NCBI RefSeq assembly: GCF_018350175.1
Contig: NC_058368.1
Location: 132,186,001 to 132,250,000 of the forward strand
DNA: 64,000 nt
Source: Felis catus
Taxonomy: Eukaryota
Direction: 5' to 3'
Part shown: positions 42,927-56,705 of the stretch, piece after piece
How positions within the stretch are numbered: position 1 is the first letter of the stretch
How the letters are laid out: the number at the start of each line of letters is the position of its first letter
Notes under the pieces: generated by a model
The model's input: the letters and a program-made list of their open reading frames with translations, nothing else
The model's database searches: none
Told to the model about the DNA's origin: nothing
Translations under genes and position numbers: made by a program

Positions 42927-45415
42927 TTAGCTTTTAGGCAGATAGAGCTATCAGGTTAGAAATACATAAGGGTCCGGCAATGACCAATTACAGGCATTAG
43001 CATTCTCCAATAGATAACAGACTGAGAGTTCTTTAACTGTGTTTAGACAATGGCAAAGGTGCATGTGATTTGCAAATTATCTTTAGCTAGGCAATGATTT
43101 ATACATCTCTAACATGTACCAGGAGTCTAGAAAACTTGACTTTACTTCCTTTTTCCTTATTTCTCTGCCTCCAGAATCCTAGTGTTTCTCATTAAAGAGA
43201 CCTCAAAAGTCTTTTTTAAGATATTTTAGTATTAAATTTTTTTTTCTTTTTATTCCACTATTATTAGACTCATGGCATGATAACGCAATATGGAAAGTTC
43301 CCCAGTAAGGAATTTTTATGATGGTAATTGCTTTTACATTAAAAAAAAAAAAAAAGAAAGAAAGAAAAAAAGAAAGAAAAAAAAAAGGCTGGTTGAGGCT
43401 ACAATAGTAAAAGAATGTGTTGTGGCATTTCATCTACATGAGTCCTGCAGACATAATAAAAGTAATGCCAAGATACTAGGGACAGGGTACAAAAAACTCT
43501 AACATACACTGCCTAGCCATGTGTATACAGCACTGCATGAACATGTGTACTGGAATTCTTTCAGCTTTGCTCTGCACTAAACCACACATACTGCATGTAA
43601 GTAGAAAGCCAGGAATAATTTATCGAGACGTAGACATCACATAATCAGCTCATAACTCTAACATGATAAATCTTATTTGCAGAATATGGTAAAAACAAAA
43701 TCTTTTTTTTTTAAGCCAAGCATGTCTAGGCTTTTATTGGTGCGTTTTTCTTAAGTATCAAATTTTGACAAACCAACCTGGTGCTGTGAATGTCATTTTT
43801 TTTATATGAATGATAAAAAACATTATTAGAATAACTATCAGTAATATCAGATACACAAAAAATCAACTTTATATTAAAATATGAAGGTATTATAATATGC
43901 AATGCTTAGAAAGTAATCAGTTTATTACATTGTTTCCATATATCTGGAATTTTTTCACTTTTCACCATTCCATGGCTGCCACCTTAGATGAAATAGGCAA
44001 ATGGAATAGATTCTTACCTGGTCTCTGTGGCTCTACTTTTTTTGTACCTATAATCAACCCATTCTCTAGTAAGCACTTCAAGAGAGCTCTTTTCAAAACG
44101 TTATCACATCATGTCACTTTTTGCTTAAACAATTGCACTAGTTTCCTGCCTCCCTTAACTCCGGTCAGAAGTGGCCTTTGTGACTCCTGCCTCCTTCTCC
44201 AGTCTTATTCTCTCTTGCACAGACTGGTTCAGACCACTGCAATCTTTTATTTTCCTCAATATACTAAGTTTGTTCCCTCTTTTGGGCATTTGCATCTGCT
44301 GGTCCTTCTGGGAATATTCTTCTCCTAATTACTTATGTTGCTGTCTTTTCATCATTTGGTCTCAAGGTCAAGCGTCCTTTCATCAGAGAGGTCTTTCCTT
44401 GACCACTTTTATTCTGAAGATGGGGTACCTCCCCACCCTATTTCACCCTCCCCTCTTCCAACTCCAGACTGTAATAAAGATTACAGCCTCCTGTTTTAGT
44501 TCCCTCTTACCACTTAACACATTTTAAATTACTCTTTATTTTTCAAATTACTTCTTTAGTATTTTTCCTTTCTCATTAGTATGTAAAAGCAGGAAATGCA
44601 CATGTGGCTATTTATTTATTTAAAAAAATATGAGCATTGTATAATACTCATTTTAGGCAATTCATCCATGCTTTTTTTTTTCTTTTTTCATCTATGCTTT
44701 GAAGGGGAAAGTTCAGCAACATATCTAAGCCCACAAATGACCAAGTTATTTGAGCAAAATATATCCTGAGAGGCAGGATAGCATGAAGGTTGAGGACTGA
44801 GACCTGAATAAGAACTGAGATACTAAGTAAGTAATTTCATTTGTCTCACCTGAGCTTTTTCATAACTAAAAAGGTAAATAATAATAAAGCCTATAGCATG
44901 GCAGATTAAATAAAGATAATGTGAAGAACCTGGTACATGGGGTGTAGAAAGTATCTGATACATGGAAAGAGTTCTGTAAATGCTAGTAACCACTGGGCAA
45001 GTTGCTTAATTTCTCTGGATCTCCATTTTCTTATCTGTAAAATGCGAACAATAACACCATCTATCTAGTAGGGCACATAAAGTGAGTAGAGTAATGGTTA
45101 ATTCATATCAAACCTTCAATATGCTAAATTAGCTAATATTACTGTTAAAATGAAGTGCTCACATGTAGGAACGAGGTTTTTGCAACTTGCAGAGATCTAA
45201 ATGTGGTGTGAATGGCACTCATAACCTTCCGAAATCCTAGAGAAAGCTAAGTTCCTGCCCTGATGATGATACTAAATTCTTGGAAGGCCACACAAATCTT
45301 CCACAATGCAGAAAGAAATCAATAGGCACACTTTGGAAGATTTGTTTCTCTCCACAGATGTACATTTATCTCTTCCAAAGTTGATGGCTCTGAACATTTT
45401 TTAAAAATTTGTTGA

Positions 45416-45647
45416 GGGGTGCCTGAGTAGCTCAGTTGGTTGACTGACTGGCTTTGGCTCAGGTCATGATCTCATGGTTCATGGGTTTGAGCCCGCGTCA
45501 GGCTCTGTACTGACAGCATGGAGCCTGGAAGCTGCTTCTATTCTGTATCTCCCTCTTTCTCTGCCCCTCCTCTGCTCATGCTCTCTCCCTCTTTTTTTCT
45601 CTCCAAGATAAATAAACATTAAAAAAATTAAAATAAATTTGCTTTAT
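45416..45647 (+). mobile_element. CAN-SINE
   Basis: Exact TSD aaaaatttgttga at 45403-45415 and 45648-45660. Confidence 0.95.
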
Positions 45648-45854
45648 AAAAATTTGTTGAATTTTTAATATTCTTTATTTGAAAACATTATTTGAACTAA
45701 AGAGACAAAAACAAAAACAGTTGACCCATATCTCCCACCCCTGACCCCTACCTCTGGCAAACACCAAACTATTCTCTGTATCTATGAGCCTGTTTTTAAA
45801 GAAATATACATATATATTAAATATATATTGTTATATAGCAATAAATATGCTATT

Positions 45855-46003
45855 TAAATTTAATTAAAATTTAAATTTCAGTTCCTCAGACCCACTAGCC
45901 ACATTTCTAGGGCTCCATAGTCACATATGGCTAGTGGCTACTATGTTGGACAGAGCAGATATAGAGCATTTCTATCATCATAGAATATTCCATTAGAAAT
46001 GCT
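45855..46003 (+). mobile_element. MER3/MER33-like fragment
   Basis: aaatttcagttcctcag...actagccacattt...tggctagtggctac...ttggacag. Confidence 0.7.
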
Positions 46004-46714
46004 GAATGTCTAGAACAGTGCCTAGCATGTAGTAGTCATACAATAAAAATTTATTGAATAAATACATTAGTTAAATTATAGAATTCTTTGTCCTATTCTG
46101 GACCACATGTCCAGATCCTTACTACACGTAAGTAAGGGAACTAGAGATACTGGCGGATAAAAAAATGTCAATTTCATCTTTCTTTCCATGATAATTGCAC
46201 TCAGTCTATTTTTAGTAGTTGTAATAACATAAAGGAATCATTGAGAGAAGTGCTGGGTAATTAATTTTCATTTGTCCATAAAAAAATTAGGCAAGAGAGA
46301 GAAAAATCTGATTGGCTAGAAGGCAGAACATTCTGACCCTAAGTCTAATAAATATTAAAGTAGGAGATTAAGAAAAATGGTTAGTTTTGGGCAATGGGAA
46401 TTGCTACGAAGAAAAAAAAATCATAGGTCCAAAACAGTGAACCAGAGGTAGTGGCTGATAATACAGTACCAACCCTGGGAGAAGGGCACCTAAAAATAAT
46501 GTACACTTGAGAGACAGAAAATATTTCAGTTGCCAGTGTACAGCATGCTTAATTGATTTTGAAGACCAACCATTTGTATAATGATACACCAATTGTGTTA
46601 GGCCTTCACCTATACAAAATTCACAATTTGGGCCAAATAATCTCTAGTTTTGCATTTTTGTTATTACAAGTAGCTGTGTATAATGAAAATAATAATAGTA
46701 ATAACAACAATAAG

Positions 46715-46925
46715 TATGTATGTATATATGTATGTAAGTATTTTGAGAGTGAGAAAGAGACAGCAGGGGAGAGGGGCAGAGGGAGAGAGAGAATGAATCT
46801 TAAGCCGGCTCCACACTCAGTGTGAAGCCCAATGTGGGGCTCAATCCCATGACCCTGGAATCAGGACCTAAGCCAAAATAGAGAGTCGGATGGACACTCA
46901 ACTGACTGAGCCACCCAGGCACCCC
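46715..46925 (-). mobile_element. CAN-SINE
   Basis: gactgagccacccaggcacccc end and (GA)-rich body. Confidence 0.92.
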
Positions 46926-49879
46926 ATGTAATAATATTTATGCCTGAATTTATTTTTCTATGAGAATAACTAGCAATGTATTATTGATTTTTCCCCCATG
47001 GAAAAATTCCAAATCTTAAAATTTACCTATTTTTCAAGTTGGAAGTTTAGCATTATTGATATCAAATAATACTCAAATTTTACTGTGCATTTATTTTATA
47101 TAATCACAGAGCTACATCTAAAGCTCAGAGGGACTTTGAAATTGATGTGTAAGCACTTCAGTTTTTTCATATGAGGAAACTAGAACCTTAAGGAGGCTGA
47201 CTTGCCCATGGTCACTTACGGGCAGATAAGAAATTATCTGTTCAAAAATATACAAAAATCAGTGGGAAAAAACCCAACTGTTGGTATAGGATTACATATT
47301 TGAAGTATATTATAGTATTAAAGAATATTGGACTATCTTTACTTCATATAATACAAAAAAACTACAGATAAGCACTCTCAGCTGCAAGTGTACAAACCCA
47401 TGTTATTTTTCAGAACTCTTTGAGCATTCTTATAAATTATAGTTTAAAAAACTTTATTTTTTGTATTTTTCAGAGGACAGAGAAATTGTGAAGGCTACAA
47501 GAATACCGAAAGATGTAGGTTCCAAAGTATTTAATAATTCTGTTATTCATATTTCCTGGATATTCACAAAATGTAGGACATGGAAAGAAGTCACATAAAG
47601 TCTCTTGTTTTCCTTTTAAAACTTATTCTTATGGTAAAAGACAAACACAATATTCAGTTTGTTGGACGCTCCTCAGTTCTCATCATTAATTAATACCTAC
47701 AGAGCCACAGTATTTCATAAGTGGCTTACTAGAACCTTTACTGCATAAATTCATGTTATTGAATTGTATCTATTCCATGGAGTTATAATAGACAATTGTA
47801 TCAGAAAATTAAATAACAAATATTAATGGCTAAAAAATGAAGAACTCAAAATAGCAGTATAAGTATCAGTCATTTAGTAGTTGACAAGAGACTAGTGTCT
47901 AGCTTAATAACTAGTTAACAACTTAGTTAATTAGTTAACAAGTTAACAACTACAATCTGTGTGCAGTCTGTGTTACAAATCTGAGTTCTTACTCTAGTAA
48001 TATCTTTGGTGCAAAGCAAGTCATTTGTTTCTTCAGGTTCCCTAACTATAAAATGGGGACTAATTTTTTGAAATTTCAGAATCCAATGTGGTTTGGATTA
48101 GGACAACTTTAGAAATTAGTTCTATGCAGATATGCCCTCAAAGAAATTATAAATCTACCAAAGGATTTGGTTGATTTTGATCTCTGGCGAATGGTCTTTT
48201 GAGTTATGTTTAGTTCAATATAGGACTTTTCAGTGATGTTTACTTACAGTAAAGGATCTCTTTGGAATTCTTGCTATTTCTCTGTTCCAGCAGTAGTAAA
48301 CATCTTGATGAAGTATATAATTTTAGAGAAGGCGCTTATGTAACTTAATAATAACTGCTTTATGAAAACTATGGAACTTCATGTAGATCAAGTTATTTGA
48401 GCTAATTTTCCAGATTATTACATTAATATGTACTAAAATTTTAATGTGTGTAACTCATAAGTAATATAATTAGATTACACAAAATAAAGCAATTTGAAGT
48501 ATATATAAATCCTATAAGCACATAAATCTGAGAATTTTGAGTGTTGTATTTTCTACTTTTCTTCTTCTTTGTTTTTTTTTTTCATCTGAAGATGCTAAAC
48601 CTGTAAAGCCTCTATTTCTACAGGCATAGGATTTTACTTCATTTCTTAAACTACAGATGTTAAATATTCAGATGGAGACTAGATCTTTATTCTCAAAGGT
48701 TATATCCAATCTAGTGATTTTGGACTATTCTAAATTATCAGTTGTGTTCCTTCAGCCTAAATTTTCTAGATAAATTAGGTAAATTTGGCCTTCTTTTTGC
48801 TAATTCAGGCGTGTAAAACCAGACTCGGAAAGGTGATGGAGTGAAACTATCACATTTCAAGAATAAAATATCATATTGCTCATTTTTGTTTTTTACATCC
48901 CTTCTAAATAAAATGAATATGTTATTAAAACTATCTAGAAAGACAATCATTCCAGTGTGGCTTTAAAGGTTTTATTAACAAACACTTAACCATCCTTAAA
49001 TAACATTTTTTGATATTAGACCACTAAATTTCATGATCTACATCAGGGAATTATGTTCAAACAAGATATACTACAAATCAAACAATCTAAATGAGAATTT
49101 GTCAGAATTCAACGAAGGAAAATTTCAAGATGGGTATATACAGTATTTAAAAATATATATACATATATATTTTTTAATAAGAACCACTTTAGAATGTGAT
49201 TATGGTAGATCTTGTACCATAGCCAACACTTTGGTCCAGCCAGCATCTGGAATGACAGACCCCTAAGGAAATCCTAAGATTCTGAAGGAAGTGATATTGG
49301 TGACTCAATATGGAACATTCTTCCCAAGTCAGAAAAGTTGAGAATTGGAGCATAGCACTATTAAAAGCCTTATCTTTCCACTGTGCAGGTGTGGGAATGT
49401 AAACGCTTTTTTTCAGCCCAAATTCTAAATCAGAACTTGTCATCCCATACTATTTAAATTTCTAGAGCAATTGAAAGGACTATTCTTTTTTCACTTCCTA
49501 TGTTTATAGTTTGGGACCCAGTCAAAACATATTATATTCTACTCTAAGCGAATTAAGATCTAGTGCTACAAATGTCCTATTACATATCTAGTGCTTTAAA
49601 GGGGCATATAATAATCTTATTCTAATCCAGCCCTCTGTTTCTCATGCAAAGATAATAGGAATCATTGTCATGTATTCATAAGCCTAAATGCTGGGATATA
49701 TCTCAAATTGGTCTTTTAGAATCAATAAATGAATCTTTTGGCTATAAGCCAAGTTTTTGAAACGTTTTTGGTCACCATCAGAGTTTGCAAAGATTGAGTT
49801 TTGGTTTTCCTAATATCCTGTTCAGTAACAATGCCAACTCTACTATCAAAGTTTTTAGAGTCTAAATCTTTATTATTTT

Positions 49880-50680
49880 ATCATGCATGGCATTCCTCCG
49901 ATTCCTGTCCAAAGGGCTATTGTTGATGCCATGCCTAAGGAAATTTCTTTTGCCTGAAAGTTATATTGATTGATTTGTAGGAGTGTGACCCATGGACACA
50001 CAGTACCAGGGCACCGTCTGGGCTCATCAGATTTCCTCCTTTGGTTAATGCTACTGTCCCTGAGTACATCCATTCAGACCATATGGTTCTTATTCAATAC
50101 TTGAATGGCTTATTCAGGCAAACATCCAGTGGCTGTAATAGCGATGTCAGACCCCCCAGGACTCACGCAAAGATCAGTTTTTAATTTTTTGGCCATATTT
50201 CTTACTCCATCTGCTAAATGTGCATGGAACAGTTCCCATACTTACATGGAACATTTGTGGAACTGCGCCCCCGGGCAGGGATCCCATATCTTTTGCAGCC
50301 AGAATTTGACGAGATCATTGTGGATCCAGTACTCTGGATATGTCTATGCTATCACTTGAGCAGTATTTTTCCCCTCCCCCAAACTTTTTTTTTTCTTTTA
50401 AGAAAAAAAGGATTTATTCAAAAAACTATGAGCAGCTTTGGTTTTATCCTGCTGGCTAGACAGGATGTAGGTTTTTTTCTTGTTCCTTCTGAAGAGAGTA
50501 GTTTTAAAATTCAGAGTTGAGATCAGAGGTCAGTCATGGGTATTCCATTCATATTTCTCAGACACTCAAACTCATGCTTATACTCTCTGATGCTCATTAG
50601 TGCCAGTTAAGACAGTGTGGTGAAGAATTTTCTGTCCACCATCATCCTAAGGTTGGAAAATGATGAAATGAATGATGATG
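49880..50680 (-). mobile_element. Fossil pogo/Tc2-type DDE transposase coding region with stops and frameshifts
   Basis: Manual translation gives NMNGIPMT, WIHNDLVKFWLQKIWDPCPG, VWELFHAHLADGVRK and TDLCVSPG/GLTSLLQPLDVCLNKPFKY*IRTIWSEWMYSGTVALTKGGNL, in the order expected for a DDE_1 (POGK-like) domain. Confidence 0.85.
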
Positions 50681-50813
50681 CTCTAGTAATATACACTAGC
50701 ACCTTTCCTCTGAAGAAGCCCACTAAAAGCTTACTGAGATATTATCTTATTCCATCCTCACAAGATCTCTACGAAATGTGGAAATAGATTTCTCTCATTT
50801 TAAAGTGGTGACT

Positions 50814-50998
50814 GGGGCGCCCGGTTGTCTCAGTCAGTTAAGCGTCCGACTTCAGCTCAGGCCATGATATGATGATTCATGAGTTTAACCCCGTGTCATG
50901 CTCTGTGCATTGACCACATGGACCCTGATTGGGATTCTCTTGTTCCCTCTCTCCCTGCCCCTCCTCTGCTCACACTCTGTCTCTCTAAACATAATGAA

Positions 50999-51053
<55 letters not shown>
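50814..51053 (+). mobile_element. CAN-SINE with (TAAA)n tail
   Basis: Head ggggcgcccggttgtctcagtcagttaagcgtccgac. Confidence 0.93.
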
Positions 51054-51363
51054 ATTGGAGTTTCATTATTTACCAGTTATAACACAATTGTATATTCTTA
51101 TCTCAGTGTTCTGCCCACAGTTCTTTCTTATTGTAATTCCTGAGATAACATATTGTTACAGGTAGATAAGTGAAAAATCCACTTAGTATTAAAGGGTAAA
51201 ATATATTCTTACCACTGATCTCAAGCTCAGTGACTCAGTTTATTCCTGTGACAATAAAAAATTTTTTTTTCTCTGCAAAATTCCCCATCTGAAGGTAAAC
51301 TAAAATCGGAGGCAGTCTAGAGGGACAAAATTTTCAATTTTCAAATCAGAAAGACCTCGGCCA

Positions 51364-51461
51364 GGGGTGCCTGACTGACTTAGTCAGAGGAGCATGTGAC
51401 TCTTGGTCATGAGTTTCAACCCACATTGGGTGTAGAGATTACTTAAATAAATAAAACTTGA

Positions 51462-51531
<70 letters not shown>
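51364..51531 (+). mobile_element. Short CAN-SINE with (GAAA)n microsatellite tail
   Basis: Short type (gggtgtagagattacttaaa). TSD agaaagacct. Confidence 0.9.
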
Positions 51532-51533
<2 letters not shown>

Positions 51534-53901
51534 CCTGGTATGGAGGCTCAGCTTTGCTATTAAATTGCTGTGTAATCTTAGGCTCTCATGTCTGAACTTT
51601 CCTCATCTGTAAATGGAGTTAAAACAGTACCCAACTCATAGGATTTTTTGCCAATATTAAACAGAACAAATAAGTATCTGGCACAGTGTAAATACTTTAA
51701 AAATATTCATTACTATCATCATTACCATCATTATTGGTAATGCCAACTATATGTTAATGCCACACAAAGTTGACCAGACTGATTGAAATTTCAGTTTCAC
51801 TTTAACTGTTCACTAGCTTTTTACATGGTTGTTCTGGGTCAAATTTCTGATTTCTGGTTTAATTTCCAAATAGATATAGGCTTTAGAGAAAAAATTGCAT
51901 TTGGCAACAGTAAACACGCTTCCCCTTTATGGAAAAAACAATAACTGAAATCAACAGTAAAAATTCATAAATAAATAACTGGCAAGTACAGTTAGCAAAA
52001 AAAAAAAAAAACCATAAACAATGTCTCAGTTCCCTTTTCTAGTTCTTTGTATTTTTTTTCACTTAATTAAACATGTAGGTTGATCTAGTTCTTTGAAAGC
52101 CTCTTCATAAATTCACTGTTAATGATTGAGATTGTTTGAGGGTCTTCTCATAGCGATTTGTGCTTTTTCTTTCTATGAGTCTGCATATGTATTTGTTCTT
52201 TTTATTCATTCATTTAAGATTTGTTAGGACCATTCTAAAGCTATTGATCTTCCATGTCTCTGAAAGAATGGCTAATGTTTGTTTTGTAGATTCATTTTAG
52301 ATGGTGAAATCCAACATATTGACTATATGAAACTATGATGTTGTGAATATGAATGATCTCTTGGTACACAGACTTTGCTACACTTACAAAGTTCTTAAAC
52401 AGTTTTTCATGGAGCCCAAGGCATCCTGTTGAGGCATGTCATGAGGTATGCAAGGGGTTCTTTAAACAAGAATATTTCTTCATAAATTCACTGTTAATGA
52501 TTGAGATAGTTTAAATATGTTTCTACCATATAAAATATAGTGGGATTGAGCTGTGTGTTCTCAGATAGCCACTATTCATGGTTTCCTTACTTGAAGTGAT
52601 TATATAATTCATCGAATGCTTGTAGCAGGACTCTGAGATGTTTAAAAGAATGAATTCTTTATGCTTGGGATTAAAAAATAAAGTAAAATAAAAAGAGCCA
52701 TCAGGCTTAGTGATGTGGCCCATGGACTACATCACAAGATTAATAATTAATCAATGGCAATAAAGAGAGAGATTCTCACTGTAAATTCCCCCCCTTACTA
52801 TTTTGCATTTCTTCTAAGTCCAGACTCATGTAAATTGCTACTTGTCATTGACAAGAGCTGCTGACTCCAAAATAAACCTAGACTGTTGTTTCAAGAATGC
52901 AGTTCTTACTATTTTCTATTACTTCAGTGAAAAAAAAAAGAAAGAATTTTTGGTAGTGTGTGAAGGTCCCTGTATTTTTATTGGCTACTTACAAAGTCTC
53001 AAAAAAAGATCCTTAATCCTTTAAAAATGACCCTATCAATTCATACATTTAGCACAATTTACCAACATTTCCAAACTCAGCATGGAAAAGCCATCAACAT
53101 GGCACTAGGTCACGGGTCCTGAATGAAGCCGTCAGCAAGGATTAATAAAACTGTGACAGCTGCCCAACAGCTTTCATTCTTTTTATTTAAACATCAGATG
53201 GCAAACTGAAATTCAGTGTAATCTTTGTTGAAAGTACCCCAACATGGAAGAATTCAGAACTGAGAACAGAAGACAGTCGTGGTTATTGTAAATTCAGTAT
53301 GTAGCAATAAATTCTAGAATTCACATATATAGCAACTCCTAAACAATTTCAGAAATAGTATAAACTATTCTTATCTGTTTGAACAATTCTTAGTAGTGAT
53401 ATTTTTTGAAAACTAGATGATGAAATTAAAATTATTTAGCTACAATTTCTATGCGCAGAAAAAATGCTTAATTATTCCTGTAATACCAGCCCTTTCTCTC
53501 ATATTGTAATTTAAAATCAACTCTAGTTTGACTCTAGTTATAAAATCTACTTCTGGATCACATAATTTTCCTGGGAATTATTTATCAGAAAGAAACCTAG
53601 ACTTATATGACTAAAGAGACTGTATTATATGACTATAAGATTGTTGTTGGATATTCTGTACAAATATATATGTATACACACAGAAAAGTGTAACTGAGCC
53701 AGAAAATAAGCAAGCACGGTAATTTGCTGAACACTGTAAGTGTGCAGATACCAGTATGTGTCAATTAACTCCTTAGGCTAGGTATTTACTATTTTCTCAA
53801 ATACATGTTAAATTAGTATGCATAATTTCCTAGTGGTTCAATACGAACACCAGAAATTGATCGGTTTAGTCTATTTGTCAAAGAGCTAATAAATCATTTC
53901 A

Positions 53902-54042
<141 letters not shown>

Positions 54043-54270
54043 TCAGAAGTAGAGACTAAAATCATGTTTGCTTCTTCCATAAAATATATCTATGTACACT
54101 CAGCATTACTTTAAAAAGACATCCCAGGTGTTTTTCTGCTGTTGAAGCATAAGGGATGAAGATTTTGAAGGCGGTTCTTATGGAAGATGTTACCCATTTT
54201 GCAGAGTCATTTAAACATTTTTCTTTATAATCTTATTTTAGTGGACATGCAGAATTTTCAGTAATAAACT

Positions 54271-54398
54271 GGGGTGTCTGGATGGCTCAGTTGGTAAAGC
54301 ATGTGACTCTTGATCTCAAGGTTGCAGGTTTGAGCCCCACTTTTGGTGTAGATACTGCTTAAAGAGAAAATCTTTTTAAAAAATTCTTAAAAAAAAAA
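54271..54398 (+). mobile_element. Short CAN-SINE
   Basis: ggggtgtctggatggctcagttggtaaagcatgtgactcttgatctc. Confidence 0.88.
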
Positions 54399-54568
54399 GG
54401 AAATTTCACTACTATAGAAGAGTAAGGAGAAGGGATGAAAATGTAGAAAGGATATATGTTTATTGCTCTCAAAAATATACACTAGCAAAACTTACCAATT
54501 ATTAATAAAGTGTTACCAGGTAGATGCCTTCCTTGACCTACCAAAGAATTCAAATAAAGACTATTTTA

Positions 54569-54773
54569 TTTTATTTTTTTTAATGTTTATTTATTTTGAG
54601 TGAGAAAGAGTGGGGGCAGGGGGCAGAGAGAGAGGGTGGGAGAGAATCCCAAGTAGGTTCTGCCCTGTCAACACAGAGCCTGACGTGGGGATCAATCTCA
54701 CCAACCCCAAGATCATGACTTGAGCAGAAATCAAGAGTTGGACGCTTAACAGACTAAGCCACCCAGGCACCCC
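54569..54773 (-). mobile_element. CAN-SINE
   Basis: TSD aaataaagac[t/c]atttta. Confidence 0.94.
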
Positions 54774-55085
54774 AAATAAAGACCATTTTAAAAAGAAAGA
54801 AAGAGACCCTGGGCATGGGCAGGGTGTAGTTTCTAATCTAGCAATATTATTTGCAGCTCATCAGTGTAGCCCACCTGCATGAAAGGGAAATGTTGTTTTG
54901 AACAAATGCTGCTATTTATGTGTTATTTTCATAAGTGACGTATTTCAGATGTTGTTCAGAGCTGTCTTGTCTTCTTTATTATGATTTCTTATTCTACCTT
55001 AGCATGGGAGAATTACAAAACTTATTCTAATATTGGCAATACATATAAAATACTTAATTTTGTTCATACTATAGTGATCTGTCAA

Positions 55086-55300
55086 TGTTTGTTTTATTTT
55101 ATTTATTATGTTTATTTATTTTTGAGAGAAGGAGAGAGAGCGTGAGCAAGAGAGAGGCAGAGAGAGAGGGAGACGGGATTCAAAGCAGGCCTTGTGCTGA
55201 CAGCATAGAGCCTGACGTGCGGCTCAAACTCATGAGACATGAGATCATGACCTGAGCTGAAGTCGGATACTTAACAAAGACTGAGCCACCCAGGCATCCC
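55086..55300 (-). mobile_element. CAN-SINE
   Basis: TSD tctgtcaa. Confidence 0.93.
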
Positions 55301-55472
55301 AGTCTGTCAAATCTTACTTAAAGTAACCTGGCCAACATATATCTGGGTGAACTGTTTTAAATAACAGGAAAAACAAAAACAAAAACCCTACTTTGAAGAA
55401 AGTGTTCATAATTTTCAGTTTCTTTTTATGTATCATTAAAGCTAGCACCATTACTGATATTACAAGTGTTTA

Positions 55473-55678
55473 GGGACACCTGGGTGGCTCAGTTGATTAA
55501 GCACCTGACTCTTGATTTCGGCTCAGTTATAATCTCAAGATTCATGAGATTGAGACCCGCCTTGGGCTCTGTGATGACAGCTCGGAGCCTGCTTGGGGGT
55601 TCTCTCTCATCTGCCCCTCCCCTGCTCACATTCATGCTCTCTCTCCACAAAATAAATAAATAAGCATTTAAAATAAAA
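55473..55678 (+). mobile_element. CAN-SINE
   Basis: Recognisable head and tail. Confidence 0.92.
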
Positions 55679-56354
55679 CGTGATTGAGTTAAACTAGGAC
55701 TATTTAGTATAACACATATATGTAATAAAAATATATTAATCTGGAGTGCAAAGATAAATTTATGTATAACATTCCCTTTAATGCTATTACTCCCCAACTG
55801 CTCTTTTAACTCTCAAACATAAAACTTATGTCACATAAACACAATTCAGATATAAAGCAGTAACATATTTAATTCGCTGGTTCACCATTCCTACAAGGAG
55901 AAATGCCCCAGAGCATATAGCATATTGAAGGGACCTCTTTGGGCTCCTTTTTGCAGTGCTCCTTCCCACCAGGCACAAAAGGAGACATACAATTTCTACT
56001 AGACTTTTAAAATGCTTTTGGATAAATCTAATCTATACCTACTTTACTGACTTTATTTATCTACTCCAATGTCTACTTTATTTATCTACTTAAATTTTAC
56101 TTTATTTATCTACTTTAAACTCTATTTGGAGAACTACTGAACTAGAAGAGAGTTGAAACATTAAAAAAAGAAAAACAGTAGGTACTGTGGATCATTATAT
56201 AAAGATAATTTTCCTGTTCTTACAATTCAATGTATTACAAATTCTACTTTCTTTCAAACCTTCAGTTCCTATTTAACGAGAAGGTCATTTATACTATTTT
56301 GGTATTCCTTTTCTATAGAAGACAGTTTCCTAATATATGTTCTTAATTATATAA

Positions 56355-56392
<38 letters not shown>

Positions 56393-56524
56393 GAAAAGCA
56401 GTAGAACTAACATTTTAGGGTTTTAAAATACTGTCCCATGCATCAAAAATAACCATATTCAAAGAAAAATGTGTTCACAAAAACAGAGAAGCATTGCTAG
56501 AAAAATGTATTAAGATTACAAAAA

Positions 56525-56705
56525 GGGACACCTGGGTGGCTCAGTCAGTGAAGTATCTGACTTCAGCTCAGGTCATGATCTCATAGTGAGTTCAAGCCAC
56601 TGCTGTCAGCACAGAGCCCGTTTCAGATGCTCCATCCTCCTTCTCTCTGCCCCTACGCTGCTCGCACACACTCTCTCTCAAAATAAATAAAAACATTAAA
56701 AAAAA
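56525..56705 (+). mobile_element. CAN-SINE
   Basis: TSD aagattacaaaa. Confidence 0.93.

Noticed and set aside
56040..56116. Three copies of ctttatttatctact with short spacers, superficially CRISPR-like
   Set aside because: A degenerate minisatellite in eukaryotic intron with very short spacers.
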